From: Thermoanaerobaculia bacterium
GTDB lineage: Bacteria; Acidobacteriota; Thermoanaerobaculia; Multivoradales; UBA5704
DNA length: 64,000 nt
Assembly: GCA_044226625.1 (NCBI GenBank)
Contig: JBGAGQ010000023.1
Span: 1-64,000 of the forward strand
Reading direction: 5' to 3'
Below the pieces are notes generated by a model, which worked only from the letters and a program-made list of their open reading frames with translations, was not told where the DNA came from and did not search any database. Shown piece after piece: positions 29,921 through 39,303 of the stretch. The stretch's first letter is position 1. Every line of letters begins with the position of its first letter. The position numbers were made by a program, and so were the translations under genes.

Positions 29921-31103
29921 GAGGCGCCTCCCGCGCTCCGGGGTACGCGCACGCGGACCGCGAAGCCCGAGGTACCCTCCTCTCCCCGGGGCTCGATCTC
30001 GACCGAGCCGCCGTGTACGCCGAGCCGCTCTCTCAGCCCCGCGAGTCCATGCCCCTCGGCGAAGTCGGCCGCGCCCCGCCCGTCGTCCGTCGCCGACAGC
30101 TCGACCGTCTCGGAATCTGCCGAAAGAGCGATCCGAAGTGTGGTCGCTTCGGAGTGACGGATCGCGTTGGTGATCAGCTCCTGCGCCGCTCGCACGAGGT
30201 CGGCCGCGATCTCGGGGTCGAGCGGCGGCAGCTCGTCCGGCAGCCGAAGGTCGACCTTCAAGGAGGGGACGCCCGCGGTGAGTAGCCGAAGTCCTTCGGA
30301 GAGATCGAGCCGGCTCGCAGCCGAGCGACCACGTCTCGCACCTCCTGAAGCAGCGCCCGGGCGACCCCCTGCGCACGGCGAAGCGTGGCCGAAAGGGGCG
30401 CATCCGGCTCGCCGGACGCCCCACCGAGCTGCTTCGCCAGCTCCAGATGAACCGACAGCAGCGCGAGGTGATGGCCGACCCGGTCGTGCAGCTCGCGCGA
30501 GATGCGGAGCCGCTCCGCCGTCCGGCTCCCTTCGGCGAGGCGGTCCTGCGCGGCGGAGAGGTCGGCATTCGCGCGTTCGAGGTGGCGCCGCGCCCGCTCC
30601 TCGCTCGCCGCGGCGTACCCGGCAAAGAACGCGAACGCCTGCCAGGCGAGCGCGCCGAGCGCCGTGAGCAGGGTGGCCTCGACCGCCGGGAGGCCCCGGG
30701 CGGCCTCCCAGACGACGACGTTCTCGCTGCCGGCTGCCGCGAGCAGGAGGGCGGTCATCGCGATCCCTTGGCCGGCGAACGCCGCGATGCCGAACCCGCC
30801 GGGGAGGACGAACGGGATTTCCGCCGCAAGGACGACGAGGAAATTCGTATGCATCGCGAGCGCCGTTGCGAGCTGGAGACCGAGCAGGACCGCGCTCGAA
30901 CCCTGCGGCCGATCGACGCTCCGCCGCGTGTTGCGCACGAACGCCCAGGCGAAGAACAGGCTGAGCAGGATGAGGAGGACGCGCGGGACCCAGATCCTTC
31001 CGGATCCCGCCGGAACCGAAAGCTTGAGCTGGTTCCAAAGATCGACGGAGAGGGTTGCGATAGCGCACAACCCCGCGATCTGCAAAAGGCGCCGGGGACG
31101 CAT
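29917..31103 (-). CDS. Membrane sensor histidine kinase (HisKA_3), frameshifted near 30315
   Basis: TM helices and 'ERLRISRELHDRVGHHL' in one frame. 'QELITNAIRHS', 'DDGRG' and 'GHGLAGLRER' in another frame. Confidence 0.8.
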
Positions 31104-31145
31104 GACGGTTCGGATTGTAAGAGCGCTGGACGGAGCGGCGCATAG

Positions 31146-31180
31146 GCCGAAAGTCATGCCGTACGCCCACGACTTTCGGC
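31146..31180. promoter_or_regulatory. Inverted repeat, putative response-regulator site
   Basis: GCCGAAAGTC-N15-GACTTTCGGC between the divergent kinase and serine hydrolase genes. Confidence 0.6.
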
Positions 31181-31278
31181 ACGCGACGGGGTCGTAGGAG
31201 GGCGCCTACGCTGCTCGCGTCGATTCGGAGACTTTGTTCGTCGATCGGCGTGAACCGAAAAGGAAAGGAACTCCCTCT

Positions 31279-32487
31279 ATGCGTCCGAATTCTCGCCACA
31301 GAAGAGCCCGGCGCCTCGTCTGGCTGCTCGCCGGTTCTCTCCTCGTCTCCTATGGGACCTCTCTGGCGGCCGAGGAGCCGACCGTCGCTCCGACCCCTAG
31401 CGCCGAACTGACCCTCGACCAACTTTTGTCGTTCGTCGTCGCCCACCGCGACGACATGGCCGTCGCGAGCTTCTCCGCCGACTCCACCGGATCGCCCGAC
31501 GCGGCCGCGCCGGTCCTGGTCCACAACGCCGCGAGGCCGCTGCCGCTGGCCTCGACGATCAAGATCGTCCTCCTCGCCGCGTTCGAGCGTTCGGTGGCGG
31601 CCGGCCGGATCGATCGAGGCGCGACGGTGCGCGTCGGCGATTGGGATCTCCTCTACCTCCCCGGGACGGACGGCGGCGCGCACGCCCGCTCGCTCGTGGA
31701 ATTGGGGATTCCGACCGACGACCTCGGGTTCGCGCGCGATCCGGAGAGGAGCGTGACGCTCGATCAGATCGCCCGCGCGATGATCCGCCAGAGTGACAAC
31801 GCGGGCGCAGACTTGATCGCGGAACGGGTGGGTGTCTCCACGATCCGCGCGACCCTCCGCGCTGCCGGCATGCCGGGCCAAGAGGAGCCGATCTCAATCC
31901 TCGGCCTCAAGCTTGTGCTCCACAACTGGCAAGACGGGCCTCTCTCCTGGCCGCGCGTCCAGGCGATCCGCGCAATGTCGCGCGCTCGCCTTGCCGCCAT
32001 CGCGCGCGGCTACGCGAACCGCTATCGCCGGCCGGCCTGGCGCAACGCGCAGATCGCCTGGCTGCTTTCGACGCCGGCACCGAGCTATCGGCTCCAGGCC
32101 GCGGGACTTCAGGCGGTTTGGCCCAAGGGGACCGCGGCGGACTACGCGAGCGTGCTCGCGCGGCTCTCGGCGGGGCGTTTCCTCTCGCCCGCGATCTCGA
32201 CCGCGATGCTCGACAAGCTCGCGATCCCGCTGGCGGATCCGACGGTCTTCTCGTTCGTGGCGGAAAAGGGCGGCTCGGAGCCGGGTCTTATCACCGAAAC
32301 CGTCTTGGCGGTTCCGAGCGTCGGGCCGTTCGCTGGCACCCCTCGGATCTCGGTGATCTTCCTCCGCCGGCTGGACGAGCCCGAGTGGAACGCTGCGCTC
32401 GACGGGGCCGCGCCGTTCCAGCTGGCGGGGTTGCTCGCGCTCGATCCGTCGGTCGTGGAGGCGGTCCGGCAGGCGCTGGGGGAGTGA
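31279..32487 (+). CDS. Secreted class A beta-lactamase-like serine hydrolase
   Basis: SxxK 'LASTIK', 'SDN' and 'KGGS'. Signal peptide. Confidence 0.85.
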   Translation: MRPNSRHRRARRLVWLLAGSLLVSYGTSLAAEEPTVAPTPSAELTLDQLLSFVVAHRDDMAVASFSADSTGSPDAAAPVLVHNAARPLPLASTIKIVLLAAFERSVAAGRIDRGATVRVGDWDLLYLPGTDGGAHARSLVELGIPTDDLGFARDPERSVTLDQIARAMIRQSDNAGADLIAERVGVSTIRATLRAAGMPGQEEPISILGLKLVLHNWQDGPLSWPRVQAIRAMSRARLAAIARGYANRYRRPAWRNAQIAWLLSTPAPSYRLQAAGLQAVWPKGTAADYASVLARLSAGRFLSPAISTAMLDKLAIPLADPTVFSFVAEKGGSEPGLITETVLAVPSVGPFAGTPRISVIFLRRLDEPEWNAALDGAAPFQLAGLLALDPSVVEAVRQALGE

Positions 32488-32505
32488 GGGGCGGCCCAAA
32501 ACGAA

Positions 32506-32532
32506 ACGGCGGGCCGAGATCCGGCCCGCCGT
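32506..32532. terminator. Terminator hairpin between convergent genes
   Basis: ACGGCGGGCCG-AGATC-CGGCCCGCCGT with a minus-strand U-rich tail. Confidence 0.8.
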
Positions 32533-32553
32533 CTTCAGGAGCTTCGAACCGCT

Positions 32554-34059
32554 CTAGTTCAGATCGCTCTCCGACCGCCCGCGCGAGCGTCGCGGTTTCA
32601 GAAGCTGGAACTTCACCAGCTCTTTGTAGCTGATCCGGCTGTCGAGGTCGTGACGGGCGAGCTTCATGTGCTGGTGGAGCCCTTCGAGCACGATCTCGGC
32701 GGCGAGGGTCCGCTCCGCGTCCGTCGTGCTCTGGCCGCGATAGCGCTCGACCAAGGCGAACAGCCCGGGCACGCGGTCCAGTTGGGCTCGGTACTCCTCT
32801 CCCGTCTGCTCGTCGGAAAGCGCAACCTCGTTGCCCGCCGCGAACCAGTGGACGATCTCCGCGTACGGACCGTCGTCCTCGCCCCCCCGGCTGCCGACCT
32901 CGCGGCCGACCTCAGGGAATCCCGCGTCGAAGACTTTCTTGACCGCGAGGCCCACGAGCCGCCTGGCGACCACTTCGGCCCCCTGCTGCTCGCCTTCGTA
33001 GACCATCTCGACCTTGCCGGTGATCGCGGGCAGGAGCATCTGCAGATCGGCGAGGCGTGGGTAGACCTTTGCCTCGTTCGTCCGCAGCTGGCGGCGTTCG
33101 AGATTCGAGACCAGCAGCTCGAGCGCGGCGATCGCCACGCGGGCCGAGACTCCCGAGGATTGATCGACCAACTCGCTCTCGCGCGCCACGATCGAGATCT
33201 CTTCGATCAGCGTGCGGATCTCGTCCGGGATCTCGAGCCCCGTCACGCCGCGTTCGGTCCAGGCTTCCTGGGCGGTGATCGCCGCGGAGGTCTCGGCGTC
33301 CGGCGGGTAGTGGGTCAGGATCTGCGAAGCGATCCGATCTTTGAGCGGCGTGATGATCGAGCCGCGGTTCGTATAGTCCTCGGGGTTCGCCGAAAAGCAC
33401 ATCAGCAGGTCGAGCGGGATGCGCACGGGGAATCCCCGGATCTGGAGATCGCGCTCTTCGAGCAGGTTGAACAGGCCGACCTGGATGCGGGGTGCCAGGT
33501 CGGGCAGCTCGTTGATCGCGAAGATCCCCCGATTCGTTCGCGGGATGATGCCGAAATGGATCACCTCCGGGTCGGCGAACGTGAGCCGCCGGGTCGCCGC
33601 TTTGATCGGGTCGATGTCGCCGAGCAGGTCGGCGATCGAGACGTCGGGCGTCGCGAGCTTCTCGTTGTAGCGCGCCTCGCGCGGCAGCCATTCGATCGCG
33701 GCGTCGTCGCCCGCCTCGGCCGCCGTCCGCTGTCCGGGCACGGAGATCGGTGCGAGCGGATCGTCGTTCAGCTCCGAGCCCGCGAGGATCGGAACCTCCG
33801 GATCGAGGAAGTCGATCAGGCCGCGCAGGATGCGCGTCTTCGCCTGGCCGCGTAGGCCGAGCAGGATGAAGTCGTGCCCGGCGAGCAGCGCGTTCACCAC
33901 CCCGGGAATGACCGTCCGGTCGTAGCCCAGGATGCCGGGAAAGAGCGATTTGCCGGATTGGAGCCGCTGTCGAAGGTTTGCGCGCAGCTCGGTCTTGACG
34001 GAACGGGGGCGGTAGCCGGTTTCGCGCAGGGCGCCAAGCGTGTTCGGTCGCTTCGTCAT
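32554..34059 (-). CDS. Mg-chelatase-like AAA+ ATPase
   Basis: 'GLRGQAKTR', 'LLGDIDPIKAA', 'FAINELPDL' and 'SANPEDYTNRG'. Confidence 0.88.
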   Translation of the reverse strand: MTKRPNTLGALRETGYRPRSVKTELRANLRQRLQSGKSLFPGILGYDRTVIPGVVNALLAGHDFILLGLRGQAKTRILRGLIDFLDPEVPILAGSELNDDPLAPISVPGQRTAAEAGDDAAIEWLPREARYNEKLATPDVSIADLLGDIDPIKAATRRLTFADPEVIHFGIIPRTNRGIFAINELPDLAPRIQVGLFNLLEERDLQIRGFPVRIPLDLLMCFSANPEDYTNRGSIITPLKDRIASQILTHYPPDAETSAAITAQEAWTERGVTGLEIPDEIRTLIEEISIVARESELVDQSSGVSARVAIAALELLVSNLERRQLRTNEAKVYPRLADLQMLLPAITGKVEMVYEGEQQGAEVVARRLVGLAVKKVFDAGFPEVGREVGSRGGEDDGPYAEIVHWFAAGNEVALSDEQTGEEYRAQLDRVPGLFALVERYRGQSTTDAERTLAAEIVLEGLHQHMKLARHDLDSRISYKELVKFQLLKPRRSRGRSESDLN

Positions 34060-35060
34060 CCGTGGGCCGCCGTTTCCGCCATCACGTGTTCCAAGGTCGG
34101 CTCGACGCCGTGCTCCGCGAGGTGGCGCTCGGCATCGATCGCCGCCTTGCAGCCGCTGCCGGCCGAGGAGATTGCCTGGCGGTAGGTCGGATCGGTGACG
34201 TCTCCCGCCGCGAAGACCCCCGCCACTTTCGTCCGGGTCGAGGGCTCGTCGACGATCAAGTAGCCGCCTTCGGTCATCTCGAGCTTGCCCCGGAAGAGCT
34301 GGGTGTTCGGTACGTGGCCGATGGCGTAGAACAGCCCTTGGGTCGGGTAGTCGCTCTCGGCGCCGGTGACCGTGTCGCGGACGCGGATGCCGGTGACTCC
34401 GGTTTCGCGGGATCCGTGGACGTGGATCACCTCGGAGTTCCAGAGCCAGGCGATCTTCGGGTTGGCGAACGCCCGGTCCTGCATGATCTTCGAGGCGCGC
34501 AGCTCGCTCCGGCGGTGGACCACCGTCACTTTCGAGGCGTATTTGGTGAGGTAACTGGCCTCTTCCATCGCCGAGTCGCCGCCCCCCACGACCACGACCT
34601 CCTTGTCGCGGAAGAAAAAGCCGTCGCACGTGGCGCAGGCCGAAATGCCGTAGCCCATCAGCTCGAGGTCGGCCTCGAGCCCGCCGAGCTTCGCCGAGGC
34701 TCCCGTCGAGACGATCAGCGAATGGGCTCGATAGGCCCCCTCGTCGGTCCGGACGGTGAACGGCCGCTCGGAGAAGTCGACGTCGATCGCCGCCTCGAAC
34801 TTGACCTGGGCGCCGAATTTCTGCGCCTGCTCCCGCATCTTTTCCATCAGCTCGGGGCCGAGGATCCCTTCGGGAAAGCCGGGGAAGTTCTCGACCTCGG
34901 TGGTGATCGTGAGCTGGCCCCCTGGCTGGTTCCCTTCGAGCACCAAGGGGGCGAGGTCGGCACGCGCCGCGTACAGCGCGGCGGTCAACCCCGCCGGGCC
35001 GGAACCGAGGATGATCAGGCGATGCACAGGAACCTGGGCGTTCGCATCGGAATTGGACAT
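34056..35060 (-). CDS. trxB: Thioredoxin reductase
   Basis: 'GSGPAG', CATC active site, 'GGGDSAMEEA' and 'FAAGDV'. Confidence 0.96.
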   Translation of the reverse strand: MSNSDANAQVPVHRLIILGSGPAGLTAALYAARADLAPLVLEGNQPGGQLTITTEVENFPGFPEGILGPELMEKMREQAQKFGAQVKFEAAIDVDFSERPFTVRTDEGAYRAHSLIVSTGASAKLGGLEADLELMGYGISACATCDGFFFRDKEVVVVGGGDSAMEEASYLTKYASKVTVVHRRSELRASKIMQDRAFANPKIAWLWNSEVIHVHGSRETGVTGIRVRDTVTGAESDYPTQGLFYAIGHVPNTQLFRGKLEMTEGGYLIVDEPSTRTKVAGVFAAGDVTDPTYRQAISSAGSGCKAAIDAERHLAEHGVEPTLEHVMAETAAHG

Positions 35061-35197
35061 GGGAAAAGCGAACCTCCTGGAAATCAGATGGCGCGGCGGC
35101 CGGAAGACGGCCCTCGAAAAAGTCGAGACGTCAGTATATCCGCGGCTGCCGGTCCGTCCGGTGAGAACAGGAGGAGGGCGGGAGTTGTTCCAGGGGG

Positions 35198-36394
35198 TTA
35201 GGGACCGGCAAACCAGCCGTCGAACCGCGCGGCGTCGATCAGCCGAACCCCTTGGGTCCCACGTGGCGTGTGAGAGTGGCGGGTCCGGCTCGCCACCCAG
35301 TTCTCCGTCTCAACCTGGTCGCCGAGGAGGTCGCGCACCGCTAGCAGCGGCTTGAGCGCCCGAGGATCGGAGAAGGTTTCGGTCCATTTCGCCTCGATCA
35401 GGCGGAGCCGGCCGTTGCGCTCGATCACGAAATCCACTTCGACGCCGCGGGTGTCGCGCCAGAAGAAGACGTTTCCCGCCGAACCCGCGGCAGTCTTCGC
35501 CCGAAGGATCTGACCGAGGACGAACGTTTCCCAGATCGCGCCCGAGAACGGCGAGGCGGCGAGCGAGGCCGGCGACTCGAGGCCGAGGAGGAAGCAGAGC
35601 AACCCCGTGTCGCGGAGGTAGAGCTTCGGCGACTTGATCATCCGCCGGGTCGGATTGTCGAAATACGGCTCGAGTAGAACGATCTGGTTCGACGCTTCGA
35701 GCACCGAGAGCCATTCGCGCGCCGTCGAGCCGGCGATCCCCACGTCGCGCGCAAGCTCGCTCAGGTTGAGTAACTGCCCGGAGCGAAGGGCTGCTGCGCG
35801 GAGGAAGCGCTCGAAATCGCGCAGGCTTCCGACTCGGAGGGCGAGCCGCACGTCGCGTTCGAGGTAAGTCGCCACGTAGCTCGAATAGAACAACCGCGGC
35901 TCGTTCTGCCGGTCGCGCCAGAGCTCGGGGAAGCCGCCGCGCCACAGGATCTCTTCCGTCAGGATCCCCTCCTTCGGCCACGCTGCGTGGATCTCGGCGC
36001 TCGCGAGGGTATCCAACTCGAGGACGGCACATCGGCCGGCGAGGCTCTCGGAGAGCGCCTGCATCAGCGCGAACTTCTGCGAGCCGGTCATCAGAAAGCG
36101 CCCGCGCCCTCCGCGGTCGGCGTCGATCGCGACCTTCAGATACCGGAAAAGGCCCGGCGCGTACTGCACCTCGTCGAGGATCACCGGCTCGGAAAACCCC
36201 CGAAGGAACGCCTCCCCGTTCTCCTCCGCCTGAGCCGCCGCCGAAGGAAGGTCGAGTGAAGCGAAATCCGCCGCCGGAAAGAGGTGTCGAAGGAGCGCGG
36301 TCTTACCCGTCTGCCGCGCCCCGGTGATGACCACCGCCGGGTATTGGCGCGCGGCGGAATGGACCTGGTCCGCAAGGCGACGGGAAATCCACAC
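35198..36394 (-). CDS. AAA_14 ATPase with DUF4143
   Basis: 'GARQTGKT', 'ILDEVQY', 'KSPKLYLRDTGL' and 'EVDFVIE...IEAK'. Confidence 0.9.
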   Translation of the reverse strand: MWISRRLADQVHSAARQYPAVVITGARQTGKTALLRHLFPAADFASLDLPSAAAQAEENGEAFLRGFSEPVILDEVQYAPGLFRYLKVAIDADRGGRGRFLMTGSQKFALMQALSESLAGRCAVLELDTLASAEIHAAWPKEGILTEEILWRGGFPELWRDRQNEPRLFYSSYVATYLERDVRLALRVGSLRDFERFLRAAALRSGQLLNLSELARDVGIAGSTAREWLSVLEASNQIVLLEPYFDNPTRRMIKSPKLYLRDTGLLCFLLGLESPASLAASPFSGAIWETFVLGQILRAKTAAGSAGNVFFWRDTRGVEVDFVIERNGRLRLIEAKWTETFSDPRALKPLLAVRDLLGDQVETENWVASRTRHSHTPRGTQGVRLIDAARFDGWFAGP

Positions 36395-36463
36395 GGAGAC
36401 AGTTTATGGTTGGTAGGCTGAGATATCCAGGATTCGGGGTGAAGATCTTCCCCCAAGAGGGGG

Positions 36464-36931
36464 CTAAGGCCGTCGGCGCTCCCTCGCCCTCCGGAGATGC
36501 GAGAGATCGGCGAAGTCTTGTGGCCGGCTCGCGGCCTCCTTTTCGCGGATCAGGTCATCGAGGTCGAGGAACCAAGTCGGAACTCTGCCGAAGCGTGCGC
36601 CGGATCTTCGCTCCCATGCCTCTTGGAAGTCGATACGGCTTGCCAGCCTGTTCATCAGGTCGATCCGATGGGGAGATACACCGAGTTGGACAATACGGCC
36701 GGGCTCGCGGAGATCTTGGGCCGTGATCGACAGGGTCTGACCTCCAAAGAACTCCCGAATCGCGTCGAGCGAGGCCTCGACGTTTCCGGGCTCGGGGTCG
36801 AGGAAGAGGTCGAGGTTCTTGGTCGCTCTTGGGATCGCGTGGTATGAGAACGCGAAACCGCCGACGATCAGATATCTAACACTCCTCGCGTTGCACGACT
36901 CGAGAAACTCCTCGTAATCGGGGTAGTTCAT
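36464..36931 (-). CDS. Minimal nucleotidyltransferase (DUF6036-like)
   Basis: 'YLIVGGFA...PRATKNLDL', 'RIDL' and 'KEAASRPQDFADL'. Confidence 0.8.
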   Translation of the reverse strand: MNYPDYEEFLESCNARSVRYLIVGGFAFSYHAIPRATKNLDLFLDPEPGNVEASLDAIREFFGGQTLSITAQDLREPGRIVQLGVSPHRIDLMNRLASRIDFQEAWERRSGARFGRVPTWFLDLDDLIREKEAASRPQDFADLSHLRRARERRRP

Positions 36932-37109
36932 CGATCCCCTGTGCCTTGAGGCTGTCCATGAGGCAATCCATTGCGACCACCACCCGCTGCTCGGGCGTCA
37001 TCTCGTCATGCCAGAAGCGGAAATCCTCCTCCTCCGCCTCCTCGAACGTCAGCACCCGCGCCTCCCAAAGGCGTCCGTGACGATCGGCGGCTCGGCCACG
37101 TGTTTCCAT
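36876..37109 (-). CDS. Small hypothetical partner of the nucleotidyltransferase
   Basis: 'EAEEEDFRFWHDEMTPEQRV...PRLRGVSRVV' overlaps the NTase start, an arrangement commonly seen for such pairs. Confidence 0.6.
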   Translation of the reverse strand: METRGRAADRHGRLWEARVLTFEEAEEEDFRFWHDEMTPEQRVVVAMDCLMDSLKAQGIDELPRLRGVSRVVQREEC

Positions 37110-37297
37110 AGGGTGACTCTATCGTGGACCTTGAAAGAAGGTTCGGCAAACGCGACCACCGACACGGAGCGGCTCCGGCCTCTCCCGACGCACCGGTGTC
37201 ACGAGCGGGATCACCTTTGCAAGGTCGGGGTGCTTCAGAGGCCCGACCGGCCAAACGCCATCGCGTATGATCCGTCGTCCGGTTCGGGAAGCCCCCC

Positions 37298-38683
37298 ATG
37301 GCCATCAGCGTTTTCGACCTGTTCACGATCGGCATCGGCCCTTCGAGCTCTCACACGGTGGGGCCGATGCGGGCTGCGAAGCGTTTCGTGGAGCGGTTGG
37401 AGCGGCTCGGGCGGATGGGTGCCCTCGCGCGGATCGAGGCGACGCTCTACGGCTCGCTCGCGATGACTGGCAAGGGGCACGGGACCGACAAAGCGGTCCT
37501 GATGGGGCTCGAAGGGGAGACGCCGGAGGAGGTCGATCCGAGCGCGGTCGTTCCGCGCGTGGCGGCGATTCGGGAGACGGCGAGGATTCGGCCGTTGGGC
37601 CGGCTGGAGCCCGAGATCGGGTTCGAGGAGAAGCGCGATCTCCTCTTCAATCGCAAAGAGGTGTTGCCGCTCCATTCGAACGGCATGCGGTTCCGGGCGT
37701 TCGACGCCGCGGGGACGATGCTCGAAGAGCGGATCTACTACTCCGTAGGTGGCGGGTTCGTGGTCGATGAGTTGTCGGCAGGGGCCGACCGGCTGGTCAA
37801 GGACGAGACGCCGCAGCGGTATCCGTTCTTCTCGGGCGAAGACCTGTTGCGCCTGTCGAAGGAGAACGGCCTCGCGATCTGGCAGCTGATGCTCGAGAAC
37901 GAGAAGGCCTGGCGGAGCGAGGAGGAGATCCGCGCCGGTCTAATGAAGATCTGGGGGGCGATGCAGGCCTGTGTCGCTCGCGGTTGCGCCGAGCATGGGG
38001 TACTGCCGGGGAGCCTCCACGTGCGGCGGCGCGCCTCACGCCTGTACAAGGAGCTGGTCGCCCGGCCGGAGGCCGCTCTCCAGGATCCTTTGACGCTCCT
38101 CGACTGGGTAAACCTCTACGCGCTCGCGGTGAACGAAGAGAACGCAGCCGGCGGGCGGGTGGTGACGGCGCCGACGAACGGCGCAGCGGGGATCATCCCG
38201 GCGGTGCTCCATTACTACCGGCGCCTGACCCCGGGAGCGGACGACGAAGGGGTGATCCGCTTTCTGCTCACCGCCGGCGCGATCGGAATCCTCTACAAGG
38301 AGAACGCCTCGATCTCGGGCGCCGAGGTCGGATGCCAGGGGGAGGTGGGCGTCGCCTGTTCGATGGCCGCGGGCGGGCTCGTCGCCGCCCTCGGCGGGCC
38401 GACGATCCAGGTCGAGAACGCCGCCGAGATCGGCATGGAGCACAACCTAGGCCTCACCTGCGATCCGGTGGGCGGTCTGGTGCAGATCCCCTGCATCGAG
38501 CGGAACGCCATGGGCGCGGTCAAGGCGATCAACGCCGCCCGGCTCGCCCAGCGCGGCGACGGCTCGCACAAGGTGTCGCTCGACCGGGTGATCAAGACCA
38601 TGCGCGAGACCGGAGCCGACATGAAAACCAAGTACAAGGAGACGTCGCGCGGCGGCCTCGCGATCAACGTCATCGAATGCTGA
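37298..38683 (+). CDS. sdaA: L-serine dehydratase (Fe-S, single chain)
   Basis: '[14 protein letters not shown]', '[10 protein letters not shown]' and '[18 protein letters not shown]'. Confidence 0.96.
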   Translation: MAISVFDLFTIGIGPSSSHTVGPMRAAKRFVERLERLGRMGALARIEATLYGSLAMTGKGHGTDKAVLMGLEGETPEEVDPSAVVPRVAAIRETARIRPLGRLEPEIGFEEKRDLLFNRKEVLPLHSNGMRFRAFDAAGTMLEERIYYSVGGGFVVDELSAGADRLVKDETPQRYPFFSGEDLLRLSKENGLAIWQLMLENEKAWRSEEEIRAGLMKIWGAMQACVARGCAEHGVLPGSLHVRRRASRLYKELVARPEAALQDPLTLLDWVNLYALAVNEENAAGGRVVTAPTNGAAGIIPAVLHYYRRLTPGADDEGVIRFLLTAGAIGILYKENASISGAEVGCQGEVGVACSMAAGGLVAALGGPTIQVENAAEIGMEHNLGLTCDPVGGLVQIPCIERNAMGAVKAINAARLAQRGDGSHKVSLDRVIKTMRETGADMKTKYKETSRGGLAINVIEC

Positions 38684-38717
38684 TAGGTTCCCGCCCGAAC
38701 GTCCCCGAGGAGATCCC

Positions 38718-39233
38718 ATGTACGCTAGCGAACGACTGATTGCCGCCTTCAACGCCCAGATCGCTCATGAGATGGGTGCCTCGATCCAATACGTGGCGCT
38801 TGCCGCCTATTTCGACTCGGCGACCCTGCCGCAGCTTGCGAGCTTCTTCTACCGCCAGGCGGACGAAGAGCGGATGCACGCGATGAAGTTCGTCAAGTTC
38901 GTGGTCGACGTGGGCGGGCGTGTGGACATTCCGGCGATCGAGAAGTCGAAGTGCGACTTCACCTCGGCCGAAGAGGCCGCAGCGCTCGCGCTCTCCTGGG
39001 AAAAGCAGGTGACGCAGCAGATCTACGACCTGCTCGACATCGCGCAGGATGACAAGAACCACATGGCGCGCCGCTTCCTCGACTGGTTCGTCGACGAGCA
39101 GCTCGAAGAGATGAGCTCGATGGGGAACCTGCTCCAGGTGATTCAGCGTGCCGGCACTGACCGGCTGCTCGCGGTCGAAGACTTCCTCTCCCGCCAGGGC
39201 GGGAAGGCGAGCCCACTCGCGGGCGGCGAGTAG
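38718..39233 (+). CDS. ftnA: Non-heme ferritin
   Basis: 'QIAHEM', '[12 protein letters not shown]' and '[12 protein letters not shown]'. Confidence 0.9.
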   Translation: MYASERLIAAFNAQIAHEMGASIQYVALAAYFDSATLPQLASFFYRQADEERMHAMKFVKFVVDVGGRVDIPAIEKSKCDFTSAEEAAALALSWEKQVTQQIYDLLDIAQDDKNHMARRFLDWFVDEQLEEMSSMGNLLQVIQRAGTDRLLAVEDFLSRQGGKASPLAGGE

Positions 39234-39303
39234 CCCGTCTCGAAACGCGCGGTCCGAACCCGGTACCAACTCGGAGGGCCAGGCTCGGCCGCGCGGCTTA
39301 CCC

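Noticed and set aside
26717-32507. Identical CCAAAACGAAAC flanking two hairpins (about 26717 and about 32496) as attachment sites
   Set aside because: Better explained as U-rich tails of minus-strand terminators, and no integrase is present.
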